Positions 50,301 to 63,726 of a stretch of 64,000 nt of DNA are shown here, piece after piece. This stretch comes from Trichoplax adhaerens (Eukaryota > Animalia > Placozoa). The first letter of the stretch is position 1; the number at the start of each line of letters is the position of its first letter. The notes beneath the pieces were generated by a model that worked only from the letters and a program-made list of their open reading frames with translations, searched no databases and had not been told where the DNA came from. The stretch covers positions 653,262 through 717,261 of the forward strand of contig NW_002060963.1 of the NCBI RefSeq assembly GCF_000150275.1. The letters run 5' to 3'. The position numbers and the translations under genes were made by a program.

Positions 50301-53300
50301 CAATGATAGATGTTCCATTGCATTGGCCACTATTATGTCTGTTCTACCAAATCACGGGTATTATCTAATTCAAAAGGATACAGAATCTTTTGAATTTGTT
50401 AATATCATAAATTATCATCAAGAAAAAAACCAGTACCAGAGTTTTAGAATTATGTTAAAGAATATACGAGATGAGAACGACTCAAATTCAAACGAAATTT
50501 CACTTCAAGACATCAAAGACTACATAGAAGCAAAATTAAATAAGGTACGTAGCTAAAGGCGTAAATATTAGTTATGTAACTGTATAATAAGTAAACTATT
50601 GGCAGTTTGCTCAAATGGCCACCTAATTATAGCCTAATGTTGAATTCTATTGCAAATCTGCTATAATAAAAGACTTTATTCAGATCTTTCGTTCGCAAAA
50701 TGTGAATTGTTAACCAATGCTTTACTATTTAGAGAGGCTACCTAGGATTTAAAAAGCCAATTGTGGTGAAATCTACAGGTAGATAAATTTCACAAATTCG
50801 TAGTTTTCTTTGATCTGATGGAATATATTTGAAATATGAACGTTATGACAAGGAGATATACGAGTTAGTCAGGTGCTGGTTAACGTATTTAAATAATGAA
50901 TATTTGCAAATTTACCTTTATGATAACTATATGATTTGGATATTTTATAAATTAAGCGAGAACTTTTAGGCCTTAATCATTTAAGTTAGGTTTATCTATA
51001 TGATGTACATACAGGTGCATGTTACAGGTACTTACAGGTGGATGTTAAGTGATGAAAATTAGATATAAATTTCCATCAGAAGTGATCTATAACAAGTTTT
51101 TTAAAGTAGCTCAGTGACTAATCCTGATATTCAAATTAAAGAATTAAGCTATGTAACTAATGATATGAAATTGAATCCTTTCCAAGCTGAGTGCAAGACT
51201 TGTATTTCCTATTAGTAACGAATTTTAGTAATGCATTAGTGAAAGAATTAGTATACGAAAAGATATAACTAAATATTAACTAAAAGGCGATATCAGATCA
51301 AAATCAGTACTGGCATAAATATATTCGATATAGCTGCTTCAAAACCTACTGTAGATCAATCTTAAGGAATGACAACTTATTACTTGAACATAATTTTGCT
51401 AAAATTTGCAAAGTTTCATTTCATATTAACATACCAGTTAATTTTATACATAGTTTAATGTTGTATGGACATAAATACTTTCAGGAAAATTACCTCGATT
51501 AGCCACTGTTCATTCGAGAGATGTTACCTTCAGTTATCCATGGACCATAAAAGGCCTATCCGCACACTATAAGCTCGTCAATCCAGTTCATAAGGATTCA
51601 AATACTGTAATAAAATATAATATTTATAATAATTACATTGAAACTTTATCCGATATTTAAAATTAATTAATATCATGATATGCTATGTATTCAATAATGT
51701 GTTAGTATTTGAGATCTTATATGAACAATTAATTATTTTAAAAGTCTATCGCTCATTCCTATTATGGTATGTGGACCTCATCTGGACTTTATCATATGGC
51801 TCCAAATACACCCATTTTAGTTAAAAAAATTAAACACTACCGTTGGCTCAATATCAAAGAGGTAGGATACACATAGTTGTACCTAAGTAATTCTTAATTT
51901 ATTGACTTAAATATAAGGCTGTTTTAAGATCAGTTTTGAAATCTTTACAATCAATATAGACGTTATACGGGTTTAAGTAAATCTTGTGGCTAAGACAGTT
52001 TCAATATCTATAAGCAGAGGGAAAAATGGAATCAGTTAATTACTAAACACTACTATAATTCTTTTTCAGGGTGTATTCACATTAAGTCATCCAAATATAC
52101 TTACAATGCTTGCACTTGGCGAAGTTTGTGATGATCAAATAACTCTAATATATGAACAACCTTCATTAGGATCACTGGCTGTCTTTCTAAAAGAACACAC
52201 GTAAGAATTACGAATTAGTTGGCTAATATTAAGTTAACTCGTAGACGGGTTAATTCTAGTAGATTGCTATCGTATTTACATTGTAGAAATTATATTTCAA
52301 AATAGTGCCGGATTTTTAGTTCGCAGTCGTTAACTATCGCACAAATTTAAAATCTTTATCATGAAATAGAAATATCCATACAACACGACTCATTGACTAT
52401 AGTTACCAGATCGCCCTAGCAATGGAATACATTGAATCTAAGGTTTATTACTTGCACCTCGCTATGAAATGTAGGCTACGAGTTTTTCAATTTTGGTAAT
52501 TTATGATAATTTGGAATTGCTTTGAATATTCAACCAGGGATATGTCCACGGTTGCCTTTGTGCACATAATATTTATATGAAGACAGCTGATCATATTGTT
52601 TTAAGTGAAATTGGCCTCCAATATGCGACTCAGAAGGCCAATAAAAAGAGTTCAAACGAGTATATCAACTATATTGATCCCAGAACAGAATATCATTATG
52701 ATTATCAATATAAAAGCGAATTGTAAGAGACTTTGCGTTATTAAAATGATAAGTTACGGAAGTCTTGTGTTATAAGATTTGCGACAGCCAAACTGATACT
52801 TTTTTGTACACGCATGCATGCTACGTCTTAGCAACACTCATTATATCGTGTCTTCCATATTATAATAAATAGTATAGATTGGTGGTCTCCAGAACTACTT
52901 ACTAGTAGTGATGTGCTCTTTAATCATAAAACTGATGTTTGGAGTTTTGGTATTACAATTTGGCAAGTATTTAATAATGGAAATAGGCCATTCAACAATT
53001 TAAATCATGGCATGGTAAGTATGATATTACAAAATATTGCTAACTTGTTCCTATATTCTCATCATTACTTTTGTTTACCATTATTTCTATATTTAATGTT
53101 AGAAAATTTCTATGATCAAAGAAGGCATTTGGTTGGATAATACCAAGTATGTATAGACGAGTTATTATTACTACGTAGTAAAATTATTATTTATGCTATT
53201 ATGGGAAAATTAAACGAAAATTGACGGAGTGAATATTAATAAACTTACACCTATAAAGCTTATCGCAATTTATACTGTAATATGGAACAATTCATTCTTT

Positions 53301-56300
53301 CACATATCTATGATATATAGATTTCCATCACTTGACATTACCTATTTAATGTTCAAGCAATGCTGCCATTATGATGCAAATGTAAGATGTACTTACACGC
53401 TTAGCATTGAATATCTATTAGAAATATTGTGACCATGTCAAAGGATATTATCTACGTTATTTTTATATCTTAACCATTGACTTTCCATAGAGACGACCGA
53501 AGTTCCGAAAAATCGTCGAAGAACTGAAACAGATAAAAAAAAATCAAGGCAAGGAGTTTAAACAAATAACAATAACAAGCTTTCCAAATAGTGAAGAAAG
53601 CATGGTCATCGATAGTAAAAGACTCGATGATATGTTTACTGAGACAAATTCTAATAAAAGTGATCAGGTAAATGGTAATTTGGTGCTAGAATTTAGAATT
53701 AAAAATTCGGTGCTGCCCTCTTTTTAAAGCTACTTCTTAAATTAGGGTAATTATGGCAGAGTTATGCCTTATGATCTCTCAGCAAGTAAACAAGTGGTAA
53801 ATATTAATATATCATGTCTTCTCATCATCGTCTAATATTATATTTTAAGCCGTAAATCTCATTTATACCAACTGTATGTTTTCACTTTATCAACTCTAAA
53901 TTGCCAACTATGTACTCTTAAAATCGATAGAACTAGCGACTCAGATCGAGACGTGATATCAGTGCTAACCTTGCATTGATGTACGATATTGTTTTTGAAT
54001 TATATGCCGTACTTCATAGCAAACGCAAATACTGCACTAGCTGTTCATTAGAAGGATTACATAAAGAATGAGATATTATACTTTCCTTTTCCATTTCTTC
54101 ATAACATAAAATTAAAATAACCAGCGAGTGCATTACACTAAATCCACGTATAAATGTTATCTAGTATCAATTCTAAAAGATTAGTAATGAGTATTACTTT
54201 CTCCTGTTCTAAATACATTTAAGCTTTAAGTACAGCGCTTTGAAACGTACCATAGTTAAATGTAAATTAATAAGTTCATATCTAGCTTTTCACAACGAAA
54301 TGAAATTAGATCATAAATCCTTAAATTTTAACGGAATGAGTAGATTCTTCACGAATATTTGCACATAAAATACATATCAGAGTTCTAGTGAATTCCCTTG
54401 GCATCTGTACTTCTTTAATATACTGTAGATTGAATATTGCCCCTGATCAAATAATTAGTTATTTATAATCATGCTATGTAACATTAAGGTATTCATTTCA
54501 TGTAACTATTAATTTACATTGCATGTTGTACTGTTGAAGTAAGCTATATTTCAATATTCTAAAATGTCATAGGCAATTAAATGCCATTTGAATAGAAGCG
54601 ATAAAGGTGGCTTATGTTTATATTCGGAGTACCGTATACTGAAAGATTTAGACTGCCAATTTATTATAAAACCTCTTGGATATGGAGTATTAGGTCAGAG
54701 TAACAGATTTAGATCATTCTATATTTATGTACTCTTGAAATTAAAATGATGACTAATGTTGGCCAATGATTTCTAATCGATATAGGTAAACGAAGTTATA
54801 TGGTCTTGCCCTATTACCCCGCAAAAGATTTGTTTAAGTATCTTCAGAATCGAAATGCCAAAGTTGGCGATTCTTCGTCGGTTAGTGCTTGTATTAGTGT
54901 TAATATCGAGTGTAAATATCATCGGACCACACATAGAGGAGCATGATAAATCAGTTTGCACTTGTTTAATATCATCATATTTATTTATTGGTATCTCATC
55001 ATTAAAGTATATTTATTATTTTCCGATAAAAAGTGTAATGTAGGACAACTGTATAAGTTTGCGAAGCAGATTGCAGATGCCCTGGATTATTTGGTAAGTA
55101 GAAGAGCTAGACACTAAGTACTTTTATGTTAGAACTTGATACAATACAGTATGTGCCTAAATTAACTACTGTATTCGCTGCTTCTAAATCAATTGATATC
55201 CTGCTAATCAATTTATTACGAACAATTATAAGTTTGAATCTGATACAAATTAAAACATTCTCTAAGTAAGGACTATGTATTTAATCTTAAAATATAATAA
55301 CTATGCATCTTTAAATCATTGAACAATTTCTTTATTTTTTTAGTTTAATTATAATGATATGTAAAAAATGACGCTTTACATTCACTCATGTAAAAATATT
55401 TTATCCTTAATGATGGTAATGACATTTTAATAGCATAATAAATGGATAGTCCATCGCGATATTAGAACTCCTAATATTTTAGTGGATGGTGCTGGGCATG
55501 GAGTTAAGTTAGCAGATTTTGGAATAGCTGAGTACGTTACTCCAATGCTCAATAATGGATGTCACCATAAATGTGTGAACCAATTGGCTGGTTTACAGTT
55601 GCCGAAATCCAGGTAATATAGAAGTTGAAGTAGTTTAAATATATCTATAAAATTGAATACTCATGTTTCCTGTAGACTGCTTAATAATGTAAGATAAATT
55701 AATATATATGACTTTTTGCTATGGCATATGGGTATTCTAGTACTTATCTTAATTAAAATTTTTAAGGTACTTAGATGATACTAATTAAAATTGATCAATT
55801 ACTTATTTTGACCATTGTAAACGTCTTGTCTGAAATGTACGTGAGAAGTTACCCTCCTGAAGCCGTCACTAAGCGAAATAGGTAAAACAATTGTTGTTCT
55901 GGTTACTATAAGATTATAGCTTTCTAAATGCTAATGAATACCATCAAGTATACTTTGCAGTTAATTCTACACTTGATATTACATCAGTAAGAGTTAAAAT
56001 TGCATATTTTAGTAGTATCTAACGCTTATTCATCTAAGAGTGTAATGCTAATCAACAAAACTAGCATATACGCTTATCTATTCTTAAGTCAAACATCTAA
56101 TTCGCAGTCAAAATCACATTAATGGACTATTGAGTAACTCTATTAAATTAAATATACGCGTATTTCTGACTGCTTTAAGCGCTTTTTCCAATGGTAAATA
56201 ATTTTATAATTCTAACTTCACAACAATTACTACTAACACTGCAGTATATAAAAATCATTCTATTCAGTGATGCAGTGCCAAGACATTTTTGGTATATTAT

Positions 56301-57491
56301 ACTATTGTAGTGCAGCCTCAAATATAGCTTAGATTACTATTATAAGACTGTACGAGAATAACTTAACTTGTAAGCTAGAGTGTAAGATTGTATAAGAGTC
56401 TATTTGTAGAAGATGTTTACAGTACGTATTGTAGCGAATCTATTAAGATGTTTATATAAAGATCTGAGATATACAGTAAATAGATTTGCGCTAAGTATGT
56501 TAGTACTGTAAGTATTGTATTGTAATGCTTTAAAATAGATGCGCGAATTATGAATAGATTGCGCGATAGTAAATTTAGATCTGATCTTGCGACTTAATGG
56601 GCAAGATAAGATTTGTTACAGTAAAAGCATTCTGTAACTAATCGTATATAAATCGTGAATTTTGCTGTAATAAGTAGATTGTCAGATAGTCAGATAGTCC
56701 TTGGTAGTTAGACGAACCTAACTTCTGCAATAAAGTGAAATTTGCAAGAAACTGTAATTCTTGATTTATTGTTTTGAAGATCACTTTATCACAACTATAT
56801 ACGTATATTTGCTTCTAGGCCTTATTAATCGATTCATGTTTAGAATATTAATTCAGTACTTATGTGAAATTGCAATTAATACTCGTAGCAGCTAAATTTT
56901 AGATAAATTGCAATGATATTGTGCCTTTTGGTATTCCACAACAAAGGCTTCTGCATCGTCGCTTTGAACTATGTATATCATCAAATGATTTAATTATGGT
57001 TCGATAATTTCAGATACGCAGAAACTTGGTATGGATTTCCAGCTGAAGTATGGAGTTTCGGGATCGTTATGTGGGAGATTTTTACGTATGCCGAAATAGC
57101 AGCCTCGCGGCTAGCGGTAGGTATTCCAATAAATTCATATATAAAATAGTCTACTTTATATATCTAATAATGAATCGATAAAAATAGTGTTCTATTCTAT
57201 CCGTTGATTTTTTCTTATTTCAGAATAATGCATTTTTTAAAATGTCCGTTTCGTGTGAAATCTTCATAGTAACATTACTGTTATGCTATTGATCTTTTTG
57301 AACCCTTTTAGAATAAGGCTGAAGGAATTTCTGCCGACTTACTTTTAAGCAGAGGACCGAGTAATAATCCTGAGTTCCAGCTGGCTATCAATTTAATACG
57401 CGGTTGTTTAAAGGAAAATCCAGACACTCGAATTAATATCCGTCAAATACTATCAAAATTAGATCAGAGATGCAACACAATAATTTATTAG
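44314..57491 (+). CDS. Divergent Janus kinase (JAK)-like protein: FERM + SH2-like + pseudokinase + kinase
   Basis: Frame-consistent GT-AG exons. FERM: 46006-46209 (HFAFVHNG...VAYRAEFF...AFNYVYQQ), ~46373-46506, ~47083-47458, 47941-47985, 48673-48864, 49548-49641 (AKSFSNVLKGYYRLLV), 49907-49970 (VLHGPL). SH2-like: 50310-50544 (GYYLIQKDTESF). Pseudokinase ~51745-53520 (ILVKK, LSHPNIL, YQIALAMEYIE, VHGCLCAHNI, LSEIG, WWSPE, TDVWSFGITIWQVF, RRPKF). Kinase 53746-57491 (GNYGRV, VAIK, KQIADALDYL, VHRDIRTPNILV, VKLADFG, YPPE, EVWSFGIVMWEIFTY). The start at 44314 and the exons before 46006 are uncertain. Confidence 0.85.
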
Positions 57492-58944
57492 AATATACTT
57501 TTCATCATTTCACTACCATAGATGTAATGTACAGCAATTAGTTTCATACCAATGGGAATGTAGGATAGAAAATTTTTACGTTATGATTACAAATCGTCCA
57601 CGAGTGCCGAAATTGTCAGCAATGCGGCACATAATTTTTCTTAATTACGATACTCACTTCAAAACTCCACTGGTCTTGTATCAAAACCGCTGTCTATTCT
57701 ATAATATGCAATTTGAAAGAATCAGATTATGATTCTCTTAACATAGCATCTGCATTAAACTTTATTAAAACAGCATATCAGTATAGTTTAAAGCTCATTC
57801 TAGTTCTGTTTAAATTAAGATTATATAGTTCATTTTTCACCAATAATAACTATCTAATATCCACATTCTTCATTTTGATTGATTTTTCTTGTGGTTATCA
57901 TCTATTATCAATTAATTGGCTGTTTGCTAAGTACGATGATGAATTGCAAAGTTCTAGATCGCTAGTATGTTGTGCGTTGGACATATTTTACGTTCGAGCA
58001 GGATATATGGCGTATTCTAGTGTCATGCCAAGACAATTTCACCATTTACTACACTATCTTCTAGTGTGTAATATTTGCTAAACATGGTGCCGTGCAAGGT
58101 GATCAGATTCTGAATATCCTAAATACCAGTAATGATTTCCACAAAGTCGTTTATGCCAATTCTAGTTTATACTGTACACTATGCGAATGCAGTATTATAT
58201 TTTTCTTAAATGATATGAGCTCATCATTATAATTCTATACTGTAATAATTTTAAAGTGGCCTCTTGTAAAAATTAGTAGTATCGACAGTATGACTGATAT
58301 TATACCAATTTGTTGTAGGTACTATGACACGATGGTTTGTTATTGAACCATTTTGTATACCGGTCGTAAATTATGATTGAAATTAAGTAGTGTAATGATT
58401 GTAGCTTCTATATACCACAATATTTAAATAGGATGAAAATATTGTTCATTAAAAGGTTAATATTTACGTACGCACGTTGACCTCTAAGTATACGAAGTTA
58501 AAACTCTTAGAAATAAAATGTATTAATGATTCATGAATTACCGTAGTTGGTATAATTTAATTTTTTTATTTATAATTTTTTTAATGGTGCTTATGCATAT
58601 GCTTATTTTTGGAAAGCCTTTAAAATTTCACGAATGTTATCGAGTAACTGTTGTGTAGCTGTCGCAACATAGATTCCATAGAATGATTTATCAAGGAATG
58701 CATTTGCATACCGTCATCTATGACGCTTTATATATTTTTAATAGATAATTGCATAGTTTTACAATATTATCGATAAACTGATCATTAATATTTATATCGA
58801 TTTACCCTAAATTGATTGACTTTTTCAATAAAGTTTAGATTCAGTTATGTCGAAGCGACTAGTGGTGTTCCTGTTTCTCTTGATGATGATAGGAGATCGT
58901 CAGTATATAGAGTTGTATTATAGATTAATGTCACGGAGGACAAG

Positions 58945-59227
58945 CTGACAGTAGACGGATAGTGTGTAGTTGCCTATAATAGTTTAACTTTTCCTCGTTA
59001 CAAATTTCGTTTTTCAACGATGGGATCTAGTTTTATTCAATCTATCACTACCTGACAGTAGACAGATAGTGTGTAGTTGCTTATAATAGTTTAACTTTTC
59101 CTCGTTACAAATTTCGTCTGACATTAGACGGATAGTGTGTAGTTGCCCTATAATAGTTTAACTTTTCCTCGTTACAAATTTCGTTTTGTAATGATGGGAT
59201 ATAGTTTTGTTCAATCTATCACTACCT
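58945..59227. repeat. Local tandem triplication (~108, ~66 and ~110 bp units)
   Basis: CTGACA(G/T)TAGAC(G/A)GATAGTGTGTAGTTGC(C/T)TATAATAGTTTAACTTTTCCTCGTTACAAATTTCGT occurs three times; copies 1 and 3 also share GATGGGAT(C/A)TAGTTTT(A/G)TTCAATCTATCACTACCT. Confidence 0.92.
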
Positions 59228-62200
59228 ACAAAATCGTGCAAACTCTGCAGCATCTTCTTTCTGAATATTACCCATGTACTAAAGCAATTTAGGATGAGCA
59301 TTAATTGTCTGTTACTGCAGGCCAGTTCAAACAATTTAGCACTCTAGAAGGTAATAACATACAAGAACTACTTCACAGCACAACGTTCCACGGTGTGACT
59401 TTGCAATTCTTCAATATTGCATTGCATTGCATTTCATTCCCTTTCTAGTGCTTATAGGGCATACGATAATTTACTCAATATTGACTGCACATTTTCCCTC
59501 CTTATTATGCATCATTATTTGCTGTTCTACCTTTCACCTTGGTGCTTTCCTTTAGCTACATCGTTGAGAAAGTAACGAGCAATTGTTGTTGTAGACCCAT
59601 AGATATAAGAGTATTCCCACTTTATGAAGTACGAGTGGGATGAAGCCGTAGGTGATTACTTTGAAGGTTGTAACATTAAATGCGATGAATAAATATAGTA
59701 TTTTCAAGATATTGAACCAGTCCTATTACTTTTTGAATGGGCCTCGTGTTGATCGCCTTATTTTGCAGTCACATAGTAGAATAAGAAGAAAGTTATAATA
59801 GCGATGTAAAGTTAAGCCGTGTGGAAGGAATGGTAGGTTTGAAATCAGTCATGTAAAATAGTTTGAGAAAATGCTGGGATAGACCGTTCGATCGGGAAAT
59901 GCTAGCATAGCACAGTAAACTGACAGCAAGGCTAGCATCGGCCGTCGAGCCATATAAACCTAGCTTTGGCCAGTCAGTATATATGGCAATCCTAGGTTTG
60001 GCCTGTTATAGTCTTTTCCCATAACATCGATAATATCATCCAGCAACAGTAAATTATTCTGCTCACTGTTAACTATCGTTACAATATCGATACTTAGGAA
60101 GGATGGATGATTGCGCATAATACTTTCTTCATAGTATTGATGGCAAGAATTGTAACACGTTGATTAAGTTGCTGACTTAGGTTAACCTTGCAAATAATAC
60201 TCGGTAAGTTTTGTTGTTCTATCGATATTATCATGATAATAAGATGACAAACGGCTTCATTAATGGAGAATGTTGACGGTAATTTAGTATTATTATTTAT
60301 TCCAATATAATCGATACATTCAAGAAGATGTGCGGTTACTTTATAATATTATTTATATTATTTAAGGCAGTACCTTGAGTACTATTGGGGTCAATCGCTT
60401 AATGAGATGTAAATTAGTAATTCGATAGTATCACTGAAAATATCCTAACGCATTATTATTCTTATTATAACAGCATTGCATAATGCTGCAGCTTTGATAC
60501 TGATCTTATAAGTAAAACTGAATTACGGCATGCCTGTGACTGATAGCAATAAAAAAGTTTCAATAGTTGTTCAAAGTGATCGAGATGGAATCGATCTGCC
60601 TTCTAGTCTTACTTCAGTGGCCTATAGACGAATGTAGCCTAGCCTAAAATTGGATGTCTTAAATGGCGATAAAAGTTTATATGTAAAAGTGTGATACAAT
60701 GTTCAAACATGTCCGGTAGAATGAAATGTACATTCATTCATAAAATACAGTAGTTCAAGTTGATAATGCCACTTTCTGAGCATGAGGTAATATTTTCTTT
60801 GAAGATAGTCCAATAGGTTATCATATGCATCGAGCCTGTATACCGTATATTACCCCAAGAAACGATCACATTATTTCACGATCCTATGCTACAATATCTG
60901 TATTCATTTCTTTTCCGGATTATTTTGATGCATTTCTCAATCATATTTTGCAAAAATAAGTGCAAATCTATGTTCGAACACTACCTGTCCAATCCTTTTC
61001 CTTGATTGTGACTGTTCTATGCCTCTCATAATACCAGTTGAAACGAACATTACAACATGAAGATTAGTATGTCATTTTCGCATCTTAAACTAGAAGCCAA
61101 TGTACATAAAGTCTATCCAACACAGACAAAAACAACGGTTCAATACTGTTTAATTAAAATAAGACAAAAAGGTAGGCGTCAGAGGTCAAATTGTACAATA
61201 TTGGCGAAGGAGAAGGAGAAGAAAGATCCAATGTAGTATTTATATTTCCTAGTTGACACACAGCGAAATGGATCTTAGTACAGCGTCAGTTTCAAAGAGG
61301 TGTAAAAGGGATATAACGTTCCAAAGACGATGATGACTCTTTCAATCGTGTTCTTTGAACGCTATACTCTAGAATGGATTTGGCTCTCGCTTTTTTGATT
61401 GATTTTAGTTAGAACATACAGTTCATGATAGCGTGATCAATTCAATTTGGCATAGATGTAAGTAGAATTATCTTTATTGACTATGTTAATGATTCATTGA
61501 TAACTAAGTCAATAAATAGATACTGTAAGTGAATTACCCGGTCAACATCATTCATGTAAAACAATGTATTGCATCAACTACATTCATTAATTGACGTTGT
61601 ACAAATAAATGTTGACATCGTCTCTTAAATTGTATCCACGGAAAATAAACGCGGTGACATAATAAAAATAATCACATAATAACTTGGGCTGCTGTTAGCA
61701 TGAAGGCGGTACCGATGGCATTGGAGATTTCTTGTTCGGCTTTTCTATGGTAAATATTTTGTACAAATATTCTCATCACGCCGGGTTGATATCATGCAAT
61801 GGATTATTGATTTTTCCTGGTATAGAATGGAGTAGTTGCAATGCTTAAAAAGATTGATGACAGTTAGAATTGAATGTTTTATGTGGACTAGATTATCATT
61901 GAGAGTAAATTAAATTGATCCATCGCAGAGCTCCTTAGCGTGCTACAGATTGCATATGATTAGGGTGAGTATTTGGACTTTACATACAGTATTCTCGCTT
62001 ACCACTCTATCTTTAAGGATAAACAGTAGAATAAAGATGTGAAAAGATTTTAAACAGCGAGACTATAATTTAATTAGTATAGTATAAAAGGGTGCATAGC
62101 TTATTGATGACTATGCGTATAAACTGACGACTTGTAAATCGTATACAGGGCAGAGCAATTGGTGTCCTTATTCCGCCATAATAAAAGGTGGCGGCGTACC

Positions 62201-63590
62201 GATCCTTCAAGCGATTCGTCACCAAAGACTATATACAGGAGGGAGGATTAAATCTATTTAACTGTCAGGAAATGATTGATAAGTATAAAATGATTTACTG
62301 TAGGGATATTCTTTGTCATCGGGTTTAAGCAGTAACTTGGTCATCGAATGGTGATGGGCATCCACAATGATCGATAATATTCATTTGAATTTTGGATTGC
62401 AAAGTGTAAAATTCCCCCTAACCGACATGGCTTCAATCTTGATAAGTTAAAACAAGGCATCAGTAAATTGTAAATATCGAGTTGTTGTTCTTGATGCTTT
62501 TTTAATGTTTTGAATAGCGAGCCAATCCATGATCAACGTAATACTAGCCTAATGACAAATTGGAGTGATTAATACATGCTACGTATTCAAGACTGTTGGA
62601 TGAATTGGACAAATTGGATGATCAATCATTGTGCCGGTTTATCGAATTCTCCTGTAGTTTATTGATCAAGTAGAAAAAAAGATTGAAAGCCAGCTGCGTT
62701 GTGCCTTTGACCAGTGCTTCCTGGAGCGTAGCAAAATTGATATTGACCAATTTCATCGCCATTTTTTAGTCTCTCTCAGCTGTTTGGAAAAGTCAATGGA
62801 GAATCGTAAGAATGGAGGAGTGTAGTGTAACTTAGTATTGTGATTGTAGACTGTTAGCCATGTTTAGTATAATGTTGGGTAGATATTTATCCTAAGAGAT
62901 ATTTGGTAGCCATAACTATAGACTGTATTGCTATAGACTCTATGCTAGAGTACAGATGACTAAATACAGTAAGGCGTTGAGTTACTAATAAGGTTATCGG
63001 TAAACATAGAACTGTAAATCATATATTAGGATATGGTTAATGCATTGTACTGTACTTTGGCTGGTGTGAATAATGTCTACATAAATACTGTAGTCGTATC
63101 CATATCGGATTAATGATGGTCCGCAGTAGAATTGTGTTACTAAGAACAATTTACTATGTGTAAAATAAGGTAAAAGGTTGCCATGCGGATTGTAGCTGCG
63201 AATGCTACGAAAAGTATAAAAGCATGCAACTTTAGATTATTCTATTAGTTGGTTGTAGAAATCTTCAGTAGTAGTATTCGGCTAGAGTAGAGCTGTGTGT
63301 AGTTAATCTGAAGATTCAATAAAGCCCTTATTTTTCTAAAATTTGGAATTTGGTGATTGGTATCTATCACAAGGAGGCTACGAATGAAAAGTCCATCCTT
63401 TAACAAGTTAATTTTCCTAAATGGACTCGAAATATGCGTTAGCAAATTAAAGATAGCACTCTCTCTGCCTAATGTCATTGCAATTATAGCAGAATCACTA
63501 TCAACCGTAGAATAAAAGTGCTAGTAATACTCCCTATCAATACTGTTTTGATATCCATTCTTGACAGTAAAAAATACCATTTGGAAGAGA

Positions 63591-63726
63591 AGGATTGAGT
63601 TATGTGCGCTGATCAAAGCAATTCTCGACCATTAGACAAGCAGGATAGCGTTATCTGGAAGGGCAAATGTAATTCTCGACCATTCGACAAGCAGGATTGA
63701 GTTATCTGCGCTGGCAAATGCAATTG
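63591..63726. repeat. Short tandem repeat, ~51 bp period, about 2.7 copies
   Basis: AGGAT..GTTAT.TG...........AATTCTCGACCATT.GACAAGC repeated. Confidence 0.75.
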
